64,000 nucleotides of DNA from Octopus vulgaris (lineage: Eukaryota), in NCBI GenBank assembly GCA_951406725.2, contig OX597831.1, positions 35,960,001-36,024,000 on the forward strand, read 5' to 3'. Positions 26,334-40,809 of this stretch are shown piece by piece. Below the pieces are notes generated by a model. The model did not search any database. It was not told the DNA's origin and saw only the letters and a program-made list of their open reading frames with translations. The first letter of the stretch is position 1. Each line of letters starts with the position of its first letter. The position numbers were made by a program, and so were the translations under genes.

Positions 26334-27289
26334 TATACATTCCCCAGCATGGCCACAGCTCAAGAGCTGAAACTGGAAAACAAACATAAACATATTTACC
26401 AATCTATCTCTCTATCTATCTATCTATCAATCTAATATATATATATGCATACACATATGTATACATAGTTACATACATGCACAAGCATATACATTAAGAA
26501 TCTGCATATATATGTGTTTATATATATGCATATGTATGTATATATATATATATATGCACATATGTATATTTACACACATATCTGCATGCACTCACACAGG
26601 CACACATGCACACACACATGCATATATATACATATATATTATATGTATGTGTGTGTGTGTATATATATATATATGTATGTATATGTATGTATGTATTTAT
26701 GTATGTATGTATGTATGTATCTATGTATGTATGTATGTATGTATCTATATATATATATATATATATACACACATGTGCAAATGTACAAAATCAAAGATTG
26801 CAATCTATATTGCCTTAGAGATAATTATCTGCAAATCTACAGATGTAAGCTTCTAGTTTAAAGTTTTAAAGACGAGAGCATTCTGAATGCACATACACAC
26901 AGACAATGTACTACGCACTCACATACACAAACACACACTATGCATGCATCAGTTAGCAAAATTCAATGCAACATACTCACCATTTCAAGTGTCTCATTAA
27001 GAGCAAATACAAGAAGCATCTGTGTATCTCTGTGTTTGTGTTTGTAGTTCTGGTTTCTTCTGTCTGATACATGGAAAGGTTATCTCTTTGGGAAGAGAAA
27101 CTGTGCCAAAGTTCAAATTGTAAGCAATAGTTTATTCAGTTTATTTATTTAACTAGGGCTCTTTGGAAAGTGTTGGACGTTAGAATTCTCTTTCATTCTT
27201 TTCTATAGTCTATAGGAATGAGTCTTGATCATGAAATTTCACGTAATTGAATCTACTTTTCACAATAGTGCATAGAATAGACAATAATA

Positions 27290-27332
<43 letters not shown>

Positions 27333-27453
27333 CAATATACATACATATATATATATATATTATATATATATATATGTAGGTGCAGGAGTGGCTACTTACC
27401 ATCTACTTTTCACAATAGTGCATAGGATAGATAATAATAGCAATATATATATA

Positions 27454-28245
27454 TAGGAGTGGCTGTGTGGTAAGTAGCTTGTTTACCAGCCATATGGTTC
27501 TGGGATCAGTCCCACTGCATGGCACCTTGGGCAAATGTCTTCTACTATAGCTTCGGGCCGACCAAAGCCTTGTGAGTGGATTTGGTAGACGGAAACTGAA
27601 AAGAAGCCCGTCGTATATATGTATATATATATGTGTGTGTGTGTTTGTGTCTGTGTTTGTCCCCCTAGCATTGCTTGACAACTGATGCTGGTGTGTTTAT
27701 GTCCCTGTTACTTAGCGGTTTGGCAAAAGAGACCGATAGAATAAGTACTGGGCTTACAAAAGAATAAGTCCCGGGGTCGAGTTGCTCGATTAAAAGTAGT
27801 GCTCCAGCATGGCTGCAGTCAAATGACTGAAACAAGTAAAAGAAAAGAGAAAAAGAGAATATAGGTGCAGGAGTGGCTGTGTGGTAAATAGCTTGCTTAC
27901 CAACCACATGATTCCAGGTTCAGTCCCACTGCGTGGCACATTGGGCAAGTGTCTTCTACTATAGCCTCAGGCCGACCAAAGCAGTGTGAGTTGATTTAGT
28001 AGATGGAAACTGAAAGAAGCCCGTCGTATATGTGTATATGTATATGTATGTGTGTGTGTCCCCTCAACATCACTTGACAACTGATGCTGGTGTGTTCATA
28101 TTTCCATAATTTAGCGGTTTGGCAAAAGAGACCGATACAATAAGTACTAGACTTAAAAAGAATAAGTCCTGGGGTCAATTTGCTTGACTAAAGGTGGTGC
28201 TCCAGCATGGCCACTGTCAAATGATTGAAACAAGTTAAAGAGTAA
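27454..28245 (+). mobile_element. Head-to-tail dimer of SINE family A
   Basis: Two full copies, 27454-27860 and 27861-28245. Confidence 0.9.
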
Positions 28246-28467
28246 TATATATATATGTGTGTACATATATTTATATATGTATATATACATATATACATAT
28301 ATGTGTGTGTATATATATATGTTTGTACATTTATATATATATATGTATATAATGTGTGTATATATATATATATATATACATATATGTATGTGTATCTAAA
28401 AATATATACATGTATATATGTGTGTGTGTGTGAGTGTGTGTGTGTACTCAGGTGTGCATGTGTGTGA

Positions 28468-28744
28468 GGGCACATGGCTTAGTGCTTAGGTTATTGTGTT
28501 CATGATTGCTAGACCGTGATTTCAATTCCTAGACTGAGTGGTGTGTTGTGTTCTTCAGCAAAACACTTCAGCTCATTTCGAACTGTGATCACTTTGACAC
28601 CTGACACGTGTGTTAAGACAATGTTGATTTAATGGAGGGAGTGAGCTAATGTATGGCACACACATTTGAACTCTATAAACAAATCATTTGTGCAGGTCAC
28701 TCAACAAAAGTTGAACGCTCATACTTTGTCTTCAACAGGGTACT

Positions 28745-28745
<1 letters not shown>
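28468..28745 (+). mobile_element. Degenerate tRNA-derived SINE (family D-like head)
   Basis: GGCACATGGCTTAGTG (box A)...TTCAATTCC...GTGTTGTGTTCTT.AGCAAAACACTT. Confidence 0.6.
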
Positions 28746-28805
<60 letters not shown>

Positions 28806-28904
28806 AATCCCCCAAAAACGGAGAACAAACACAAAAAAAACAACAATGCGAGGATGTGGTACATGTAAAGAATTAGCAGACACTCAGGAAAGGAAAGAAA
28901 GATG

Positions 28905-28939
28905 GTTTAATGTTTCAAGCAAAGCTCTTCTTCAGAAAC
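28905..28939 (-). ncRNA. Minimal hammerhead motif (slightly decayed) in a TA-flanked repeat
   Basis: Minus strand: gttt CTGAAGA a gagc ttt gctt GAAAC ATT aaac. Confidence 0.6.
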
Positions 28940-29436
28940 TGAAGAAAGTTCAATAGAAAAGGATGACGGAGGATGAAAAAATCCCCAATGATTCACACAC
29001 ACACACATACATACATACATATATATATATGTATATATATATATGTATATATTTTTCAGGAGTTCAAAAAAAAAAATATATATATATATATATATGTATG
29101 TATATATGTGTGTGAATCATTGGTGATTTTTTCATCCTCTGTCTTCCCTCGTCGAGTGGTACCCGTGTGAGCGGAAAAGATCACCCAGAAGACCTCCACG
29201 ACGGTGGAGTTACGATTTCAGGAGGACGATTGGGATCACGTGGATGAGAAAGGCGCGATCCAGAGAATTATAACACAGTAGCAGAATTATAACACAGGAA
29301 TTTCCATTTATATAACGGTATTTTTTCATAGCGCTTTTTCAGATGGCCAGATAACCAAAGAGATGGTGTTGTGGATTTCCACTTCGGCATCTGAAACTCA
29401 GAGTTTTATCTTGACTATTGAGTAATTGTAACATAT

Positions 29437-29483
<47 letters not shown>

Positions 29484-29767
29484 TGTGTGTGTCTGTATGC
29501 ATGTGTGCATACATGTGCATGTATACATACCTTTATACAGAAATGTATATACTCATAATCACAGCTTCCCATATGTCAGAAGGTGCTGAAATTGTAATGA
29601 CATTTGATTGACAACTGATGAAGGAATGAAAGAAGGAGCCTCACTGCATCTGTTGTGTGTGTGATTTTTCTGTTTTTCCATGTATTCCTTTGGTGTCACA
29701 ACTGTGACACATTTTCATTAATATACACATACACCCATGTGCACACACGTACAGGCACACAAATGCA

Positions 29768-29805
<38 letters not shown>

Positions 29806-30260
29806 TACTTGTATATATTCACTTCCTTTGTCCTAGCTGTTGAGAATATGCTGTTGAGATATTTTTTGGTATTACAGCATTCTATCATAAGACTTATATC
29901 AACAAGAAGCTAGGCCGTAAAAAATCCTTGTCCAAAATGCCAATACACACACACACATACACGTATGTATATGCATATACATGAACACATATACATATGT
30001 AAAAATACACATATATGCATACATTCATACGTATACATATATACACATATGCTACGAAATGTGTGTGCATGTGTGTCTGTGTGAAGTCATACACTATTCT
30101 TTGTACATAAAATGAATATGAAAATACTTAAATGCATTAAAGATGGAAAATCAAGAAATGGACAAAATATAGGAAAAATAAAAGAAAAGCATTTTAAAAA
30201 GTTGGAAGACTTACATATGCAAATAAATGCATACACGCCCACCCAACTAATATATATATA

Positions 30261-30296
<36 letters not shown>

Positions 30297-30597
30297 TATA
30301 TATACATATATATATACATATATATATGTATATATATATGTATACATATATGTATACATATATATATACATATATATATATATGTATATGCCACTGATAT
30401 ATAATATATAATACATATATATAAATACACACACACACACACACTCACACATATATATATACATGCACAAACACCTAATATATACTGAGTGTGTGTGTGT
30501 ATATATATATATACACATAAATTTATAAATGTATATGCATACATATATGGATACCTGTGTATAAATACTTATACATATATGTGTGTGAGTATATGTT

Positions 30598-30648
<51 letters not shown>

Positions 30649-30831
30649 GCATATGTAGATACATATGCACAGACACACACATGCACACACATATATGCAC
30701 ACACACAAAATACATTAATATATGCATATATATACATGTTTAAATCAATCTATCTCTCTTTGTATCTATTTATATTCATACCTACAAACATATGTATATA
30801 TATCTATACATATATACATATGCATCTCTCT

Positions 30832-30883
<52 letters not shown>

Positions 30884-31469
30884 ATATGCATGTGTGTGTA
30901 TGCATGTATGTGTGTGTGTGGACACACATATGCATCCACACATATTGCATAACTCTTTTGATTTCTTTCAGGGAAACCAAGAGGATGTTGGTTAAATTCA
31001 CTTTAAAAAGAACGGCCTCCTAACTTTAGAGATCAGAATGAAAAGCAAATTCAGATTTTTGATACACCAGACCTCATTTGTTTCCTGTCCACCGTTTTTC
31101 CTATCATGTTCTTCCAAAGGTTTCTTATTTCCTTGACTGACGTCCAAAATAGTTTACGAAATGAAAAGGTAAAAACACCAAAAAATATAAACCAAAAAAA
31201 CAAAAACAAAACAAAACAAAAACATTACATTATAATTAAAAAGAAAAAATAGAAAGGAATTAAGTATAAAAAAAAAGAAAGGAAGCTTTAAAATGAATAA
31301 TCGAAGATGTGTGAAAAGTCTCAAAAATTGTATAAGTTTTTACAACGTTGTTGGTTTCTTCTTTCTTTGATGCAGTTTAAGGTCAGTGATATTTGAAGAG
31401 GGGGGAGGAGGGAGAAGGAGGAAAAAGAGAAGAAGGGGGAAAAGCATGGGAACAATAATAATGATGATG

Positions 31470-31539
<70 letters not shown>

Positions 31540-31651
31540 TTTCATTTATTTGGTGCAAGGGGGAAAGATGAGGGGAAAATGCAAAGACAGACATAAAGTG
31601 TCAGGGTTTACATATAATGAAATGATAGGAAGAAAAAAGGAATAATAAAAC

Positions 31652-31691
<40 letters not shown>

Positions 31692-31976
31692 AACATAATA
31701 ATAATAATAATAGTAATAATAGAATGAAAATTAGTAGTAGTAGAAGTAGTAGTAATAGTAGTAGTAGTAGCAGTTGTAATAACAGCACCACAACAATCAC
31801 CACCACCTCCATCACTGCTATTATGATTACTACCACCACCACCACCACCTCCAATAACAACAACAACAAGAAAACAGCAACAAAACAACAACAATAATAA
31901 AGATAATATTAATAATAAAAATAATGATAATCAATAGAAGAAGAAAGAGAATTGGAGGAAAAAATGAAATTGAAGC

Positions 31977-32011
<35 letters not shown>

Positions 32012-32114
32012 CAGCAGTAGTAGTAGTAATAACAACACCACCACCATCACCACCACCACCACTGCTACTATGACTGCTACCACCACCACCCCAGCATCAA
32101 CAACAGCAATGGCA

Positions 32115-32460
32115 GTGGAGGCGCAATGGCCCAATGGTTAGGGCAGCGGACTCGCGGTTGAAGGATCGCGGTTCCGATACCCAGACTGGACGTTGTGTGT
32201 GTTTATTGAGCAAAAACACCTTAAGCTCCACGAGGCTCTGGCAGGGGGTGGTGGCGACCCCTGTTGTACTCTTTCACTCCAGCTTTCTCTCACTCTTTCT
32301 CCCTGTTTCTTGTCCCCGACTTCCTACGCAATCACTGAGCCTGGATGCGCATTCATCCATCCGTCGAAGCTCTCGGTGTCGGGGGTTGCCCTGCTTTCTC
32401 TTCTGCGGGTCTTACGAATAGCAAAGGACCTCGTTTCGGACTTCTCCCACTGGATGAAGA
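32115..32460 (+). mobile_element. tRNA-derived SINE with GC-rich body
   Basis: GGCGCAATGGCCCAATGGTTAGGGCAGCGGACTCGCGG...GGTTCCGATACC (boxes A and B). The body is shared with 59215-59310. Confidence 0.75.
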
Positions 32461-32591
32461 CTGCTACGCTCAACAGCAACAGCAATGGCAAGAAAACAAC
32501 AGCAACAAAACAACAATGATAATGATAATAGTAATAATAAAAAATAATGATAATCAAAAGAAGAAAGAGAATTGGAGGAAAAAATGAAATT

Positions 32592-32625
<34 letters not shown>

Positions 32626-33075
32626 GTATGTTTAGTAGTTGCAGAAGAAAAATAACAATAACAAAATGATGATGATGATGGTGATGGTGGTGAATATTTG
32701 GAGGCAGTTGTGATGACAATATGGTGTAAAAGTTGTAGAAGAAAAAATAAATGAGTAGAGAAAATAAAGGAAATGGGACAAAAACTGAAAAGGAAAGAAA
32801 GAACAAATGAAGAATAAATATAGTAGGAGAAGAAGGAGAAGGAGAAGAAGGAGGAGAAGGAAAAGAAGAAGAAGAAGAAGAAGAAGAAGAAGAAGAAGAA
32901 GAAGAAGAAGAAGAAGAAGAAGAATGGAAAAAAGAATGAAAGACAAGCAAATAAGAATATCGAAGAAGATATATCTTTCTAAGGATCCTATTATCTTGAG
33001 AAAATTCTTTGGTTATTAGATATATATTTATGGATCCTCCATTTAAATAAATGAAACTTTGAGATCTGTAGGAAT

Positions 33076-33079
<4 letters not shown>

Positions 33080-33112
<33 letters not shown>

Positions 33113-33242
33113 GTTTAATGTCTGCTTTCCATGCTAGCATGGGTTGGATGATTTGACTGAGGACTGGCGAACCAGATGGCTGCACCAGGCTCCAAGCTGA
33201 TCTGGCAGAGTTTCTACAGCTGGATACCCTCATTAATGCCCA
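33080..33242 (-). mobile_element. Family B (RTE-tail) element
   Basis: (CAT)n plus CCATGCTAGCATGGGTTGG. Confidence 0.8.
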
Positions 33243-33914
33243 AAATATATATGTATAATGTGTGTGTGTGTGTGTGGTCAGAATATATAAGCATGACCTG
33301 AATGTAACCCCAGAGACATCTATTATAGAAGTGTGTCTTCATCACTAGATATCTTAAAAGGACTCTCCACAGCTACAACATGGAAGACAAATTAATGGAA
33401 ACATGCAGCATATCATACCAAACTGTCTTACAGTCGCATTGACAAAACGTACCAGGATACACAATAATGGAGAAATATTTTTGATCGACATGTGTCTTGG
33501 CTCTCAATTTCAACTTCGATCCATACAAAATTTCTGAGACACCCAAATGAACCTTCACCTGTCTTAGAAAATAGTAATGTAGTGGAAGTAATATGGCAGC
33601 TATGGCATACAAAGACACCAACAGATAACATATTAAAAATCTGGCATAATTTTCCATGACAAAACAACAATAACATATTGACAATGTAACAATACCAATT
33701 GGTTATTATTTAATACAGAAGCTAGCTGGAAAGGCAAGGAATTACACCAATCCTTGCTGTTAAATTGAAAACATAGCAGTCAAGGAATTTTAATTATCAC
33801 AATGAGAATGGTGCTTAATCACTGAACTTAGAAATGAAAGAACCAAAAGAAATACTAAAGATATTAAGCATTTTAATCAATGCATTAAGGATTTGACAAG
33901 CTCACTGCCTTGTC

Positions 33915-34452
33915 TAGAGTGGTGCTCCACCGCCTTTTTTCCACTTGCGGTACACTTATATTCGTTGCAAAATTCGGTGGCACACTTCAACTAAAAATGT
34001 AACTACTAGTATAGGAGTGGCTGTGTGGTAAGTAGCTTGCTTACCAACCACATGGTTCTGGGTTCAGTCTCACTGCGTGGCACTTTGGGCAAATGTCATC
34101 TGCTATGGCCTCAGGCTGACCAAAGCCTAGTTAGTGGATTTGGTAGATGGAAACTGAAAGAAGCCCATCGTATATGTATATATATATATGTGTGTCACTT
34201 GACAACCGATGTTGGTATGTTTACATCCCCATAATTTAGCAGTTTGGCAAAAGAGACTGATAGGGTAAGTACTAGGCTTATAAAGAATAAGTCCTGGGAT
34301 CGATTTGTTCGACTAAAGGCAGTACTCCAGCATGGCCGCGGTCAAATGACTGAAATAAATAAAAGAAAGAATATTCAGGGTTACACTGCGGCACACCTAG
34401 CATCATCTCATGGCACACCAGTGTGCCATGGCACACTGGGTGCAGAGCACTA
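33915..34452. mobile_element. SINE family A (34011-34372, +) nested in a probable hAT-type MITE
   Basis: The family A copy is clear. Both flanks carry repeated GGCACAC/GTGTGCC motifs and GTGCTC/GAGCAC ends. Confidence 0.6.
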
Positions 34453-35374
34453 GGCTACAAGAGAGTGATTTCCAGCAAGTAGAAATGATATAATGATGTG
34501 AACAAATGAAAAGAAACTAATAAAGACATTTTAAGTATTTACCAAAAAGGCATTATCAGCTTGGTGTGCCCTTGGATATTGGATAGCCTGCTTTATAAAG
34601 AAAAAGCTTCCGATATTAGCCATTCAGCATTGAGATTACTCCCTCAAATTTAATGCTTATTTAATCACATTGTTTTGAATTAATTATGCATTATCTTATA
34701 GCTTTGAGATTTTGATGGTGTAATTATTTATGCTTAGAATGATATTTTAGGGTAGGTGTGATAGGCCAGATATGGCTGGCTTAGACACAAACCAGATAGA
34801 ATAATTTGGTTTGATATGGCTAGTTTAAATAATGAAGGGATAAAGTAGTACACCAATCATACCAGGAGGAAATATAGAAAAATCTACAAGGTTATAAAAT
34901 CAAAGATATTAATAAATGAATAAACAAACAAATAATTAAGTAAGTTGCCTCCAGCCTTATCCCTATAAGTAAGGAAGTTAAAACAGTAATGGCTGCAAAA
35001 AGATCCAATAAGGTAAGATATAGTGAAAAAGAACTTGTATGAATGTTCCATAAGATAGTCACTATGGAGAGTGTAGAGTCTAATAGTCTGGGCCTTTATC
35101 TTTTTCTGATGCAGTCAAATAGAGAAAGCATAGCACTGTCATTTCAGCTATGTCTTCTATCTTCTTTTTGTTTCACCTATTTCACCTTTTGCAAACTGTG
35201 GCCATACTTGAGGAGACACCGACATTGATCTTTAGTTAGGGTGTAATTTAGTGGTATCACACTGGCTGATAACCAGTCACTATTCACAGGTGCAACTTCA
35301 TTACTACTTAACACAGGGGTCTTTTGTCTGCAGTGTTTCAACCCTGGGCTGCATTGATCCTTCTTAGCTAATCT

Positions 35375-35957
35375 GGAACTCTTCAGTTTGGGTTACAGAT
35401 TTAAAAATTATTTTTTTAACTAAACAGTTTGAAACTTCATATACTGGTGTAATTTCTCACATTGAACACGGTTTACTTTCAACATTTTTGATAAAAAGTT
35501 CGTATTTTAGAAGTTATTTCGCATTAAATTTGTCATATTTGGGTAATTTTAACCAATCAGCGATGTGTATTCAACTGAAGAAACCAACTGCTGTTTGTGA
35601 TAGTAGCAACAATTTCCAGGTCATTTCTACTAAATGTATTTTTCAACCATGTGTGCATTATAATCCACACATGGTTGAAAAGTACATTTAGTAGATATGA
35701 CCAGGAAGTTGTTGCTTTTTGATTACCATCACAAACAGCAGTAGATTTCTTCAGCTGAATACACGTCATTGGTTGGTTAAAATTACCCAAATACAACAAC
35801 TTTAAAACGAAATAACTTCTAAAATACGAAATTTTGTCAAAAATGTTGAAAGTAAACCATGTTCAGCTTGAGAAATTACACCAGTATATGAAGTTTCAAA
35901 CTGTTTAGTTAAAAAAGAAAGTTAAAAACTCTGTAAGGCAAACCCAAGAGATTCCTT
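35375..35957. mobile_element. ~580 bp foldback MITE-like element
   Basis: Arms pair along their whole length, e.g. TTAACTAAACAGTTTGAAACTTCATATACTGGTGTAATTTCTCA with TGAGAAATTACACCAGTATATGAAGTTTCAAACTGTTTAGTTAA; ~10 nt loop at ~35660. Confidence 0.85.
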
Positions 35958-36666
35958 GTGGGCTTCCCTGCCCACACCATATTAATGCTGAACTTAGTGT
36001 GAATGCCTTATTGCCATAGAAGATCTGTTACCCAGGATTTCCATTCTCAAACTGGCTTACCAGCTTAGCCTCCTAGCAGCGGGATTAAAGAAGATAATTG
36101 CCCACAGCCCAAACCACAGCATGACTGTTCTCTCTGTTACCCAATCTCTGTCGAAAAGCAGTGCCTGAAATGTTTGCTTCATTGGAATAACTTTATTATG
36201 AAGCAGTAGGATAAAAAAAGCCAAATCTAGTAGCTTAATTCTTTATTGAAGGCAACACTGCAGATAGAGCTAACAGTAACAATAATCCATATCAGTGTTA
36301 TCTCATGGGGATTTGGTTGCTATTTCTAGCAGATCAAGCAATCACATTGAGGCTCTCTGGTTGGGACATTGAAATAGTATTGAAAGGAATTGTGAAATTC
36401 ATGTAAAAATTCTCTTTATATCATTCCTGCATGAAGAAAACAGATGCTGGGATTTAATGATAACCTTACTGTCATCAACAAAGATGATGTCAACAACAAT
36501 GACGGTGACTATTAAGATGCTGCTGCTGATGATGATGGTGATGACAATGATGGTGGTGATGATGACAATGGTCTTGGTGATGAAGCTCACCTTAATCTTG
36601 ACACTCAAAGCAAAATATTTCAGGAAGTAAGCTGTGGATATTACTGTTATTCAGTTTACATCTATT

Positions 36667-36667
<1 letters not shown>

Positions 36668-36697
<30 letters not shown>

Positions 36698-37274
36698 AAG
36701 AAGAAGAAGAAGAAGAAGAAGAAGAAGAAGAAGAAGAGGAGGAAGAAGAAGAAGAGAAGGAAGAAGAAGAAGAAGAAGAAGAGAAGGAAGAAGAAGAAGA
36801 AGAAGAAGAGAAGAAGAAGAAGAAGAAGAAGAAGAGAAGGAAGAAGATGAAGAAGAAGAAGAAGAGAAGGAAGAAGATGATGAAGAAGAAGAAGAAGAAG
36901 AAGAGAAGGAAGAAGATGAAGAAGAAGAAGAAGAAGAAGAGAAGAAGATGAAGAAGAAGAAGAAGAAGAAGAAGAAGATGAAGAAGAAGAAGAGAGAAGG
37001 AAGAAGATGAAGAAGAAGAAGAAGAGAAGGAAGAAGATGAAGAAGAAGAAGAAGAGAAGGAAGAAGATGAAGAAGAAGAAGAAGAGAAGGAAGAAGATGA
37101 AGAAGAAGAAGAAGAAGAAGAAGATGAAGAAGAAGAAGAAGAGAAGGAAGAAGATGAAGAAGAAGAAGAAGAAGAAGAAGAGAAGGAAGAAGATGAAGAA
37201 GAAGAAGAAGAAGAGAAGGAAGAAGAGAAGAAGAAGAAGAAGATGAAGAGAAGAAGAAGAAGATGAAGAAGAAG

Positions 37275-37305
<31 letters not shown>

Positions 37306-37680
37306 GAAGAAGAAGAAGAAGAAGAAGAAGAAGAAGAGAAGGAAGAAGATGAAGAAGAAGAAGAGGAAGAAGAAGTGGAAGAAGGTGAAGAAGAAGAAGT
37401 AGAAGAAGAAGTGGAAGAAGGTGAAGAAGAAGAAGAGAAGGAAGAAGAACAAGTGGAAGAAGAAGTGGAAGAAGGTGAAGAAGAAGAAGAGAAGGAAGAA
37501 GAACAAATGGAAGAAGAAGAGGAGGAGGAAGAAGAAAGGAAGAAGAAGAAGAAGAAGAAGAAGAAGAAGAAAAGTAAGAAGAAGAAAAGGAAGAAGAAGA
37601 AGAAGAAGAAGAAGAAGAAGAAGAAGAAGAAGAAGGAAGAAGAAGAAGAGGAGAAGAAGAAGAAGAAGAAGAAGAAGAGA
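36668..37680. repeat. ~1 kb (GAA)n-based polypurine tract with higher-order units
   Basis: Visible directly; recurring unit GAAGAGAAGGAAGAAGATGAAGAA. Confidence 0.97.
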
Positions 37681-38503
37681 TAGTGAGTGGGGATCTGGTA
37701 TAGCTTATAGATTGAACTCAGAATCAGGAGGCTTGTAAAAGAAGAAGAAAAAAAGCCAAAGAACAAATACAAAAGACAAAGAAGCAAAAAAAAAAAAAAT
37801 AGTGCCATAAAAGTGAGCTAGACCACCTCACCAGCCACAGTGATATTATCTAGCACCGTTATCTTGTTCACTAACAACAACAACAACAGCATAAATATCA
37901 ACATTATTGTTTTCTCTTTAATTATACCCTACAACATGAAACGAAAGATTGTGTTCGATTTGGAGATGGTGGGGGTTATTGAACACTTAAAGTTGCGCGA
38001 TCAAACAGAGATTTTTACTTGTCTATTATGAGAAGAGACTACCTGCCACCGCTCTCTCTCTCTTTCTATAACACACACGATTATATTATATATTTTCTTC
38101 ACCCTACCCCTCTGTCTCTCAATCTTTTGCTCTCACACACACACACACGCACACACATACACACAGAGACGCATATCCACGTATACGTAAATGTACAAAA
38201 AGGCAAATATATGCGCACGCAATCACGCAATCCAACCTGTACGCACATCGCTTCATCTTTTAAACATGTTTTACTAAATTTGCATGTTTGCAGTTTATTT
38301 TTATGGCCAGATAAAACTTGTTTTATTTACATTTGGTTTAATACCTTGTGAAGATGTTCTCATAAAAATATCAGGTAGGAAAGAGGTAAAAAGAGAGAAA
38401 TACAGTGCATGCACACATACACGCAGAGTAATACATCATATGTATATGTATAATATATATGCAGTTATATACATACATGCATAAATATATATATATATAT
38501 GTG

Positions 38504-38543
<40 letters not shown>

Positions 38544-38556
38544 CATACATACATAC

Positions 38557-38605
<49 letters not shown>

Positions 38606-39748
38606 TACAAATGCACTAACGCACACATATATATATATATATATATGCATGTGTATGTGCGTGTGTATGAGTCATACATAATATAGATATTTGATATATT
38701 TACATAAATCTATGTATATTTGCATGTATATATATTTTACCTGTTTTACTGGAATACTCACCCATCTGCATAAGCACATACATACAATCTATACGCATAT
38801 ATGCACTAATACATAAACATGTGTGTATATAGACACACGCATATACACAAACACATGTATATACATATATGTATATGTGTGTGTGTGTTTGTTACACCAC
38901 ACACACACACACACAACATTTATTAACATTCCATTACATAACAACTTATATAAACTTCACGTTTTTATATTCATATAGCTATACACATGCACAGACACAC
39001 AAACAGACATATATGATATGATAACCATAAATACACATATCTACATACATTTACAGAGACACAGAAAGTTAAGAGCCCACCATGTTATTGGGTGATGCTC
39101 TGTTTACCTTAGGGGAACCATTTGAATCAACCCACCTTAACCTCTATCAAAACGCAAATTTTAATACCGATGCTTGGAGGTATTTGGTTATTTTATAGCT
39201 TGGAACCAATCTGATTATCTCCGTTTTGGTCTGTACGTGTTGAAGTTTGATTATGCCGTGGCTATCACTCTGTCATGATTGTGAATATATTCCATCATCA
39301 TTAGAACTAGACAACCAACCAGCGATGGAATGGTTTATGCAATGTCTGAATGTCTTAGATAAGCTGTTTTATTTTCCTTTACTACCAGAGAGAGAGTTTA
39401 GTGAAAGAAAGAAAAATATAGATCAGGATATTTTAAAGGCCTCTGCGACTGACGGAAAGAAAGAAGGAAGTTATCAGACCAGATAACTCATTCAGCTGCT
39501 TGCAACAGAACAGGTTCTATCAAAGACGTGTTATAGACCAGGTGATGGTGTTAGTCCAGGAAATGGATTAAGATTATCGACCTAGAAGTGGAACTGTCTC
39601 ACTGGCAGACTTTGATACAATATCCGTTAACCAAATTTCAATCTCCAGAAGCAATGGTGAATGAGGTTTGCCCATGGTACCTCATGGCAGAATATTACCT
39701 GAATCCTCACAGTTGCTAAACGAACTTCCCAATCACTCAGCCATCCAT

Positions 39749-39792
<44 letters not shown>

Positions 39793-39998
39793 TTAGCGAA
39801 TGTTTTCCATGCTGGTATGGGTTGGCTGGTTTAACAGGATCCAGTGAGCTGCAGGGCTGTGCTTAGCTCCAGTGTTAGCTTTGATATAGATTTTATAGTC
39901 TGGTGCTCTTCTGAATACAAATGACCCTAATTAATGAGACTCTTACTTTTAGAACTATTAATTAACATCATCGTTAATGATAAGAAATGTTTACAATA

Positions 39999-40162
39999 CA
40001 GGTGCAGGCGTGGTTGTGTGGTGGGAGGCTCACTTCCTGGCCACATGGCTCCAGGTTCAGACCCACTGTGTAGCACCTTGGGCAAGTATTTTCTGCTATA
40101 GCCTCAGGCTGACCAAGGATTTATGAGAGTATTTGGTTGACAGAACCTGAAAGAAGCCTCTC

Positions 40163-40197
<35 letters not shown>

Positions 40198-40620
40198 TAT
40201 ATAAAATCAAAATAAGCAACAAGGATATCAAGAGGTAATGCTGCATTACCTCTGGATATCCTTGTTGCTTATTTTGATTTTAATCACCTTATTTTGAAAT
40301 TGTATGGATAATACCATACTAAATTCTGGTGCCTCAACTTAAGTACCATATTCATCTGAATCTATATATATATATGTGTGTGTGTGTATGTGTGTCTGTG
40401 TGTGTATTTGTATGTCTGTGTTTGTCCCCCCTGCCATCGCTTGACACTCGATGCTGCTGTGTTTATGTTGCGGTAACTTAGCAGTTCAGCGAAAGACACC
40501 AATAGAATAAGAACTAGGCTTACAAAGAATAAGTCCTGGGATTGATTTGTTCGACTACAGGCAGTGCTCCAGCATGGTTGCAGTCAAATGACTGAAGCAA
40601 ATGAGAGAAAAGAAAAGAAT
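39999..40620 (+). mobile_element. SINE family A with a foldback insert (40201-40365) in its internal (TA)n
   Basis: Family A halves are 39999-40165 and 40366-40620. The insert AAAATCAAAATAAGCAACAAGGATATC.AGAGGTAATGC pairs with GCATTACCTCTGGATATCCTTGTTGCTTATTTTGATTTT. Confidence 0.85.
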
Positions 40621-40809
40621 AGTCACATCACCATTACATTTCCATCAGTTCAATATGATTTTCAGTTGTCCCCTTTGTCACCAGGAATGTTATTTCTTCA
40701 TATGTACAGAGTATAATAGCAGACAAGCTTTGAGCTGGGAACATTTATTTCTAAATCAAGCCCCAAAATGTCTTTACGCAGCCATTTACACATGGTGTAC
40801 CAAATAAAT

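Noticed and set aside
29610-29640. CTGATGA...GAAA (also 61135-61160 minus and 63205-63232 minus)
   Set aside because: No stem I/II/III pairing; chance matches.
36592-37808. Long poly-F/S and poly-K/E/R ORFs (up to 380 aa)
   Set aside because: Stop-free only because the GAA tract lacks T on one strand; no unique coding flanks or splice signals were seen.
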